A stretch of DNA of 64,000 nucleotides from Candidatus Curtissbacteria bacterium RIFCSPLOWO2_12_FULL_41_16. Lineage in GTDB: Bacteria; Patescibacteriota; Microgenomatia; Curtissbacterales; GWA2-41-24. This document shows positions 57,692 through 64,000 of this stretch, in pieces. The notes under the pieces were generated by a model. That model saw only the letters and a list, made by a program, of their open reading frames with translations, had not been told where the DNA came from and did not search any database. The number at the start of each line of letters is the position of its first letter. Positions within the stretch are counted from its first letter, which is position 1. The stretch lies in assembly GCA_001776545.1 (NCBI GenBank), contig MFBZ01000029.1:11988-75987 (forward strand), read 5' to 3'. Made by a program: the position numbers and the translations under genes.

Positions 57692-58363
57692 ATGAAGTTC
57701 CTAACCAGAACCGCAATCAAGCTGGCCATGGAAAACAACTGGCAAGAAGCGGCGAAAATCAATAAAAAGATCTTACTTTCCCAAAAAGATGATATCGAAA
57801 CTCTCAACCGCCTGGCTTTCGCCTACTCGTGTCTCAAAGAGTTTAAAAAGGCTCAAAAAGCTTACAAAAAAGTTTTAGGAATTGACCCTTTTAATATAAT
57901 CGCCGCCAAAAATCTGGCAAAAATTACCAAAGGAAACCGCAACGGCCAAACAAACGGTGAGCATCATTCAAACAATAAATTTGCATCACTTGACAATCTT
58001 TCAAGTGTCTTTTTATACGAACCCGGAAAGACTAAAACAGTCAACCTTTTAAATTTGGCCCCGCCGTCCGTGTTGGCAACTTTAAATTGTGGAGACCAGG
58101 TCCTTATCAATCTCAAAAAACACGCAGTCACGATTACCAACCTTGACGGTCTTTATCTTGGAGCCCTACCGGACGATCTTGCCCATAGGCTTCTCACTTT
58201 AATCAACGGAGGTAATAAGTATGAAGCGTATATCAGATCTTTAACGACAAAAATGTTGACTTTATTTATCAGGGAAGTTGAGAGATCAGAAAGATTTGTC
58301 AATCAACCTTCTTTCCAGAACAGCTTCAACCCTCTCCTCGAAGAGGAACGCTCTTTTGTTTAA
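57692..58363 (+). CDS. Hypothetical protein with N-terminal TPR-like repeats
   Basis: The start was taken at MKFLTRTAIK. AYSCLKEFKKAQKAYKKVLGIDPFN resembles a TPR. Confidence 0.4.
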   Translation: MKFLTRTAIKLAMENNWQEAAKINKKILLSQKDDIETLNRLAFAYSCLKEFKKAQKAYKKVLGIDPFNIIAAKNLAKITKGNRNGQTNGEHHSNNKFASLDNLSSVFLYEPGKTKTVNLLNLAPPSVLATLNCGDQVLINLKKHAVTITNLDGLYLGALPDDLAHRLLTLINGGNKYEAYIRSLTTKMLTLFIREVERSERFVNQPSFQNSFNPLLEEERSFV

Positions 58364-58376
58364 ACTTAGACAAAAC

Positions 58377-58760
58377 TCACTTTATAGAAGAATTATGGGG
58401 ATTTACCCACTCTCCGGACAGACCCTCTTGTTTACCGCCTGTTAAGACTTTGCCACGCCCGAAAAAATCATCTATCTGGTGCCTGCCGCTATCCAGCTTA
58501 TTGTCAGTTGACGACTCGTCAAAACTTAAGGATTGCGGCAATCCAAAAGAAGGGCTTTGGTCGGAACTCGCGGGCGAAATTTTTTCCGTAGTTTTTTCCA
58601 AAACGCCTGGTTTTGCCAATATTGATATGGCAGATGACCCCGACTCGGATGTTTCAGGCTGTGTTTGTTTTTTGACCTTTTCCTGCTCGCGAATCAGGGA
58701 AATTAGGGCAATCGCAAATGAAATGACAAGAATCACAAACCCCACTGCAGCAAAAATCAT
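58377..58760 (-). CDS. Small membrane-anchored protein, hypothetical
   Basis: It has an N-terminal TM helix. Its 4-nt overlap with the upstream LCP-like gene supports this strand over the antisense ORF. Confidence 0.35.
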   Translation of the reverse strand: MIFAAVGFVILVISFAIALISLIREQEKVKKQTQPETSESGSSAISILAKPGVLEKTTEKISPASSDQSPSFGLPQSLSFDESSTDNKLDSGRHQIDDFFGRGKVLTGGKQEGLSGEWVNPHNSSIK

Positions 58761-59803
58761 TCAAAGTATTTTCTGGCAAAATCTGCTCCTACCACCACAG
58801 TCGCAAGACCCGCATTCTCCTCTCCGGCTTGCGAAACTATATCACAATTAAACAATTTCGACAAATAGACGCTATCTTTGCCGCCATCACCGGAAAGAAT
58901 CACTGAACTTTCTCTCCTGTCCCCTTGGCTCTCTACACGAACAACATCAAAACCGACACTTGTAACAAAGTCCGTTGCCAACTTAGCCGCAGAGGAAGAA
59001 CCAGAAGCGTTGCGGATTGTAACTTTAAAATTCTTTCTCATTATTTCCGGCGTCTCCAAATATTTGGCGATAACCCGATTTAAAGAAACTTCATCAACAC
59101 CCAATACTTTTTGGCTGTCTCCAAAAACAATTTCCTCGCCATAACTCGAAAGGTCAACTAAATTCAACTGATTTATACTAAGACCTTTTACTTGCCACCA
59201 CAAGCGAAGCGCATCCAGTCGAGTAATATTTGTCTCTTGAACGTTAAAACTTTTAGGACGGGCCAAAATCAGAAAAGGGGTTAAAGGGGACGCAAAATTT
59301 TTAAACATTTTTTGCGCCTCTTTCTCGTTAATATTCTGTTTATCCTTATAAATAACATAGTTTTCAATTTTTGCCCCGAACGAAAGAGTCAAAATTTTCG
59401 CAAATTTTATTCCGTCTTTTTCCTCAACCACGGAAGAAATTTTGACAATTGGTTTATTTATTTGCCCGGAAGGCAAGTAGAAGTTATCATTAACCGTCAA
59501 AAATATCATTCTTTTGGGATCTTTCTGATAAATAAAAACCGAAGGCTGAGATGTTGAAAGTGCTAAAACAAACGAACCCTTACCGTCCCAGCCCGATTTA
59601 TCAAGATATTTTTTAAAAGACAACGACTTAATAAAACCGGAAAGAACTGCAAAAATCAGAACTATTACGATGAAGGCGGCAAGTAAATCTCGCCATTTTT
59701 TTTGGACTTGGTGCTTTTTCCAAGAAGATCGAGTGGCAGGATAATCCGTCATCTTTTTCGTATTCAACTTATCCTGCCCTGCAAAAAAATCCCTCACACC
59801 CAA
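58757..59803 (-). CDS. Membrane-anchored protein with a LytR_C-like C-terminal domain (LCP family-like)
   Basis: It has one N-terminal TM helix. The C-terminus VTIRNASGSSSAAKLATDFVTSVGFDVVRVESQGD resembles the LytR C-terminal domain. Confidence 0.45.
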   Translation of the reverse strand: MGVRDFFAGQDKLNTKKMTDYPATRSSWKKHQVQKKWRDLLAAFIVIVLIFAVLSGFIKSLSFKKYLDKSGWDGKGSFVLALSTSQPSVFIYQKDPKRMIFLTVNDNFYLPSGQINKPIVKISSVVEEKDGIKFAKILTLSFGAKIENYVIYKDKQNINEKEAQKMFKNFASPLTPFLILARPKSFNVQETNITRLDALRLWWQVKGLSINQLNLVDLSSYGEEIVFGDSQKVLGVDEVSLNRVIAKYLETPEIMRKNFKVTIRNASGSSSAAKLATDFVTSVGFDVVRVESQGDRRESSVILSGDGGKDSVYLSKLFNCDIVSQAGEENAGLATVVVGADFARKYFE

Positions 59804-59937
59804 AAGTCATTTCAAAACCTCTCTTGTCATCTCTTCAAGTCATCTCTTCAAGCTCAGAATGACGACGTTGAAACAGGCTCTAAATTGACTTTACTGAATT
59901 TAAAATTCCTTTATCTATTTGAAATTTTAAACTTTCT

Positions 59938-60073
59938 TAGCCCTTCTCCTTTTTCCCGATGATCTCTACTTTCGGAGGCGCAAAAACTTTGGCAATTTGC
60001 CCGGCTTGCTTTTCCAAAATCTCTTTTTTCTTCTTCCTCTTCTCACCTTTATAATAACTTCCAAAACTGCTCA
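59938..60073 (-). CDS. Possible 45-aa Lys-rich small protein (MSSFGSYYKGEKRKKKKEILEKQAGQIAKVFAPPKVEIIGKKEKG)
   Basis: This is an ATG-to-TAA ORF below the ORF-track cutoff, upstream of the LCP-like gene on the same strand. There is no homology support. Confidence 0.2.
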
Positions 60074-60182
60074 TAATTTATTCCACCAAAAACACCCGAT
60101 ATGTACAAAAGGCAACCTCCATATTCATTCTAACAACCAGACGCAAACCAGAACAAGCCCGCATGTTGTATAATCAGCCATC

Positions 60183-60902
60183 ATGGAAAGAAAAAACAGC
60201 GAAGAAGATAGCTTATCAGCTGGTCACAACCTTCCCCGAATCGTCTATCAAGAGGGAGTTAATTCAGGGCAAATTCCTTTTTTGATAAAGCTAAAAGGAG
60301 AAAATCTCTGCGCGCTTTTAGAATCAAGGTTTAGTTTCACGCAAGAGCAAATTAGGGGCCTTGCGATCACGATTTCCCCAGAAATCAAAGAGGTCAGGGA
60401 AGAATTCCAGGAAAAATTAATTCTTGGAGAAACGGCACTCAGAAGAAACCCTCAAGGAATAAGAGAAACCACCCTCTACGCCGGAAGTTTGGCCAGATTC
60501 CATGCCGGCCAAAAATCTGAGGTCGCGGAAATGGATTCAGAACAAATTATTTTGGCAAGAACTCAAAGACTGTTTAGCTTAACCCTCCTTCATGAGGCCA
60601 GACATGCTTATGACTTGGATCTTATCGAGCAAGAAGAGAAAAAACTCAAAAAAACTCAAAAAAGGGCGCTGTCTGCTGTCGGAACACGGCTTGCCAGGCT
60701 GGCAGCTAACTTGGCATTGTTGATCCTAAACCGCAAGATTATCGGATCCATGGGTTCAGGCGCTTATACGTTTATTCTCGACAGAAGGCTAAAAAAGTCT
60801 CCTGAATTTCAGGATTTGGAAAATCGCGCGCAAGAAGAAACAAATAATATTACACCCGAATGGACAGAAATCATTGAAATTACCAAAAACCCGACTTTTT
60901 AA
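60183..60902 (+). CDS. Hypothetical protein with an HExxH motif (LLHEARHAYD), putative zinc metallopeptidase-like
   Basis: A single HExxH is present and a TTGTATAAT -10-like box lies 13 nt upstream of the ATG. Confidence 0.35.
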   Translation: MERKNSEEDSLSAGHNLPRIVYQEGVNSGQIPFLIKLKGENLCALLESRFSFTQEQIRGLAITISPEIKEVREEFQEKLILGETALRRNPQGIRETTLYAGSLARFHAGQKSEVAEMDSEQIILARTQRLFSLTLLHEARHAYDLDLIEQEEKKLKKTQKRALSAVGTRLARLAANLALLILNRKIIGSMGSGAYTFILDRRLKKSPEFQDLENRAQEETNNITPEWTEIIEITKNPTF

Positions 60903-60909
60903 ACCATCC

Positions 60910-62610
60910 TTAAAATATTTTGTGAGATAAAAGTTCCTCAAAATACTGGCTTTTGGCTTTTTTAATAGCCGCGAGATTATCCCAGTGGTCGCCTAAAAGT
61001 TTGGCCAAATGCTTACCGCCTACGGTTTCCGGAACCACCACGTAATCTGCGCCAGACTCATAAAGACGAATGGCATCGTGAAGCCAATAGGCAGTCGCAA
61101 TAATTGGTCCTTTGTAATTTTTCCCCTTGGCAAACCTTATAAGATGGATGTTGTCTGAAACATCAGGATCAGTCACTACGATGAGTTTTGCCCGGCCGAA
61201 TTCTAACTCTTCCAAAACCTCTGGATCAGAAATATCACCAAAAACTGCATTATAGCCGGATGCTGTAATTTGTTTAATTATATCGGGATTAAAATCAACA
61301 ACCACGATCTGATTTTTATCGCGAGTCTTAGTTTTTAAAAATTCCAAAATGTCCCAACCCATTTGTTCACCGCCAACCAAAACTAGGTGATCTGTCAGCT
61401 TCTCTCTGTTTAAAACGTATGGTTCGCGAGCTACCTGCGGCAGAACCACTAAAAATGGCTTTTCCAGAAATCGATAGATCCTCTCCCCATAAAGAATTAA
61501 GTAAGAAGAAAGAGCAATCGTTACAATCCCAACGCCGGCCACTAAAGAAAGAGTATCGCCACTTATATGCCCAAGCGCCACCCCTGTTGTCAAAAGTATC
61601 AGAGAAAATTCTGAAATTTGCGCACCGGTCACTGAACTTAAAAAGGCAGTCCTGTTTCTGAAGCCCAACGTTTTCATAATCGCCAGCATTATAAGTGGCT
61701 TACCAAAAAGGATAAATAAAGACAAAACCAGAATATCGACAATCATCACGCGGGATGCCGAAACGGAAATAGAAGCCCCCAGTAAAATAAAGAAGATGAC
61801 GATGAAAAAATCACGAAGTGGCTTGACTCTTGCCGAAATCTGTAAGCGATATGCGGAAGATGCAATGGCCACACCCGCCAAAAATGCCCCGATGGCAATC
61901 GAAAAACCGGCTATTGCGCCTACGGCAGATAACAAAAAGGCCCAAGCAATAGCTGCAACGAATAACAATTCAGTAGAAGTTGAAGTCAACTTAAACAAAA
62001 TGGGCAAAATGAATTTTGAAGCCAAATATGTTAATCCTACTAAAAGTAACCCTTTGACGAAAATCAAAAGAATCGAAAACATCGAAGGAAGATGGCCGCC
62101 TTGACCGAATCCCGACAAAATCATCAAAGCGCTGATGGCTACAAAGTCCTGAGTCAGGAGATAACCAATGGCAATTTTCCCGTATAGGGATTGCAAATCA
62201 TGTTTCTCGGAAAGTAATTTAATGATAATTACTGTCGAAGAAAAAGTAATGGCAAAAGCAATGTAGGCTGCTTCAATTGGACTCTGTCCGAGCCCGGAAA
62301 GTAGAATAAAACCGACAACCAGCGTGAAAAAGATCTGCCCCAAACCCGTAAAAATTGCTGTCTTACCCACGTATTTAAGATCTTGGGTTTTAAGCTCCAC
62401 TCCTACCAAGAAAAGCAGAAACGCGATGCCAAGATTTGAAAGGAGATCAAAAACGGATTTATCAATGTTTTTGAAAAAACCAAAAAGAGAAATAATAATG
62501 CCTGAGAAAATATAGGCGAGAATGAGCGGCTGCTTGAAAGACCGCAGTATAATCCCGATAATTGTGGCCAAAACCAGAACGCTGGCCAGCTCTAAAAAGG
62601 CAGTGGGCAT
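60910..62610 (-). CDS. Cation:proton antiporter (CPA2, Kef-type) with a C-terminal RCK/TrkA-N domain
   Basis: It has about 12 TM helices and a Rossmann GxGxxG (LVLVGGEQMG) in the C-terminal domain. Confidence 0.75.
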   Translation of the reverse strand: MPTAFLELASVLVLATIIGIILRSFKQPLILAYIFSGIIISLFGFFKNIDKSVFDLLSNLGIAFLLFLVGVELKTQDLKYVGKTAIFTGLGQIFFTLVVGFILLSGLGQSPIEAAYIAFAITFSSTVIIIKLLSEKHDLQSLYGKIAIGYLLTQDFVAISALMILSGFGQGGHLPSMFSILLIFVKGLLLVGLTYLASKFILPILFKLTSTSTELLFVAAIAWAFLLSAVGAIAGFSIAIGAFLAGVAIASSAYRLQISARVKPLRDFFIVIFFILLGASISVSASRVMIVDILVLSLFILFGKPLIMLAIMKTLGFRNRTAFLSSVTGAQISEFSLILLTTGVALGHISGDTLSLVAGVGIVTIALSSYLILYGERIYRFLEKPFLVVLPQVAREPYVLNREKLTDHLVLVGGEQMGWDILEFLKTKTRDKNQIVVVDFNPDIIKQITASGYNAVFGDISDPEVLEELEFGRAKLIVVTDPDVSDNIHLIRFAKGKNYKGPIIATAYWLHDAIRLYESGADYVVVPETVGGKHLAKLLGDHWDNLAAIKKAKSQYFEELLSHKIF

Positions 62611-62620
62611 AAACTAGACG

Positions 62621-63466
62621 CTAGTCGCTAGACGCTAGAAAAATCATTGCATTTTTAAGATCCTTTGGCAAGTCTAGGGTAAAAGCAATTTCTTTTTTTG
62701 TCTTAGGATGCCTGAAGGCTAAGAATGCCGCGTGCAAGAAAAGCCGCGGGCACCACAAAAGATCAAATTTAATAAGTTTTCTCGGACAGTAAATCAAATC
62801 AGAAACGATTGGATGGCCAATACTTTTTAAGTGAACACGAATTTGATGAGTCCGGCCGGTTTTGGGAAAAACTTTAAGCAGTGTATAGAAAGTAGCATGT
62901 TTTTCCAAATAATTAATTCGAGATTTAGTCATCCCCTCCAGGGGTCCGACCCCTTCAGGGGTCGGACCCCTAAAGAACTTGTGCTGAAAGTAACTAACCA
63001 TTCGATATTCCGTCCTTGCCTCTCTAGCCTTAGAACCAACACCATTCCAAACCCGGTTTGGAATTGAAGCTACAAACCGGGTTTGGGCAACCCCAAACTT
63101 GCCAAATTTGCCTATCCTGCCGATCTTAGATTCAATAACCCCCGACTCCTCCTTTATTAGTCCATGAACCAAAGCCATATATTCTTTCTCAACTCTCCTT
63201 TCTTTAAATTCCCCTTGCAAGAAATCAAAGGCCTCTTGGGTCTTTGCCACCAAAAGAAGTCCCGAAGTCTCCCGATCCAGTCGATGCACAATCCCCGCCC
63301 GATCTCCAATGCCTGAATCGCCAGGTTTGAGGTGAAAATATCCCGCCAGTTGATCTTGTAACGTCTCTTCACGAATCGTCTCGCTCCGATTCACCACCAG
63401 CCCAGCCAGCTTCTCAACCACTAAAATCTGTCCATCCTCAAAAACAATGCTTGCTCTCTTTAACAT
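62621..63466 (-). CDS. RluA-family pseudouridine synthase
   Basis: The catalytic HRLDRETSGLLLVAK is present. It carries an in-frame palindromic insert at 62932-62974. Confidence 0.8.
   Translation of the reverse strand: MLKRASIVFEDGQILVVEKLAGLVVNRSETIREETLQDQLAGYFHLKPGDSGIGDRAGIVHRLDRETSGLLLVAKTQEAFDFLQGEFKERRVEKEYMALVHGLIKEESGVIESKIGRIGKFGKFGVAQTRFVASIPNRVWNGVGSKAREARTEYRMVSYFQHKFFRGPTPEGVGPLEGMTKSRINYLEKHATFYTLLKVFPKTGRTHQIRVHLKSIGHPIVSDLIYCPRKLIKFDLLWCPRLFLHAAFLAFRHPKTKKEIAFTLDLPKDLKNAMIFLASSD
62932..62974. repeat. GC-rich palindromic element pair (GGGGTCCGACCCC / GGGGTCGGACCCC) in-frame in the RluA-family gene
   Basis: cccctccaggggtccgaccccttcaggggtcggacccctaaag encodes FFRGPTPEGVGPLEGM on the minus strand. 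Confidence 0.6.
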
Positions 63467-63551
63467 AAGTTAATAGTATCGGGAAGCAAAGCCCCAAGTC
63501 AAAATTCAAACAAGTTGACTTGATAAGCCGATAGTAGTAAAGTCCATTCCT

Positions 63552-64000
63552 ATGGTTGAAACTGGACAAACTCCAAACCCATTAAATGAAAAAGCGGCTG
63601 AACTAGCCAAAAAACTTGGGATTGAAACCCGTGACCTCCAGCCATGGCAAGTAAGCCAAAGTTTGAGTGCTCTGGCAAAAATAAAACTTGCTCAGGAATC
63701 TGGAGCGCCAGATGATGTTATTTCTGACCCAACAAAACTTCATGAATGGTTAAGAAGGCGGGGTCAATTACCAAAAATTGAAACCGTCGGGCAAATTATA
63801 GAATATTTAGACCCAGAACTTCGATTACAACGACAACAGACAGAATTCGCCAGAAGAGAAACAGACTTAAAACAGGAGATAGCGCATCTAAAATTACAAG
63901 TAGATAGACTAACAGTAAGAGAGCAATACCTAGCAGACCTGACTACACAGTTAAGAAACAAGCTAGAGAGTGCTCAAAGAGAGCTAGCTGGATTACGTAT
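63552..64000 (+). CDS. Coiled-coil protein, 3' partial (runs off the window end)
   Basis: The ATG at 63552 opens a frame with no stop to base 64000. The sequence is heptad-like and charged (QTEFARRETDLKQEIAHLKLQVDRLTVREQYLADLTTQLRNKLESAQRELAGL). Confidence 0.4.
   Translation, partial: MVETGQTPNPLNEKAAELAKKLGIETRDLQPWQVSQSLSALAKIKLAQESGAPDDVISDPTKLHEWLRRRGQLPKIETVGQIIEYLDPELRLQRQQTEFARRETDLKQEIAHLKLQVDRLTVREQYLADLTTQLRNKLESAQRELAGLR

Noticed and set aside
58450-58851. 133-aa plus-strand ORF
   Set aside because: It is antisense to two minus-strand genes that overlap each other by 4 nt in operon style, and it has no recognisable features.

Overview
This is a gene-dense window of roughly 40% GC, apparently from a small-genome bacterium. 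The reduced proteins (PheT 678 aa, delta-prime 251 aa), the type IV pilus repertoire without a secretin, and the mostly absent Shine-Dalgarno sites are compatible with a Patescibacteria/CPR-like organism; that assignment is inference only. The genes I can support are listed here in order along the window. It opens with the thrS 3' end, then infC, rpmI, rplT, pheS and pheT. A class A PBP on the minus strand follows, then tyrS, recG, rpmF, nusB, an ACP-like gene, rnc, rpsP, a KH-domain protein gene and trmD. Next comes a minus-strand type IV pilus block (pilO, pilN, pilM, a PilX-like gene, three minor pilins or pseudopilins, and pilD). It is followed by four large polytopic membrane proteins, at least two of them GT-C glycosyltransferase-like (YfhO-like and DUF2723/TPR), plus a SAM methyltransferase. 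The major pilin pilA and then pilC, pilT and pilB come next. A short holB-like gene, a REP-associated tyrosine transposase (RAYT) flanked by inverted REP elements, and gyrB follow. Two small hypothetical genes sit between gyrB and gyrA, and then come carA, carB, a frameshifted pilin paralog and xerC/D. After that are a membrane-anchored FabD-like acyltransferase, pyrH, and a roughly 1 kb non-coding region. The remaining genes are a sigma-70 region-4-only protein, a membrane protein, ruvC, a three-gene SucC-like/SucD-like/citrate-synthase-like cluster (candidate citryl-CoA synthetase and lyase), a GNAT, yebC, an LCP-like gene, an HExxH protein, a Kef-type antiporter, an RluA-family synthase and a partial coiled-coil CDS. 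No rRNA, intact tRNA or CRISPR array was seen. The most unusual content is repetitive. A REP/RAYT system has at least four REP copies. A GC-rich palindromic element family of the form TTAGGGGTC-N-GACCCCTAA or CACCCC-N-GGGGTG sits in-frame inside housekeeping genes (recG, carA, the SucC-like gene, the RluA-family gene) and in one promoter region. A second repeat family of about 75-135 nt occurs in inverted copies at two loci. Seven-nucleotide-period AT-rich tandem repeats are common in intergenic spacers. TATAAT boxes sit a few nucleotides from start codons, which suggests leaderless transcripts.
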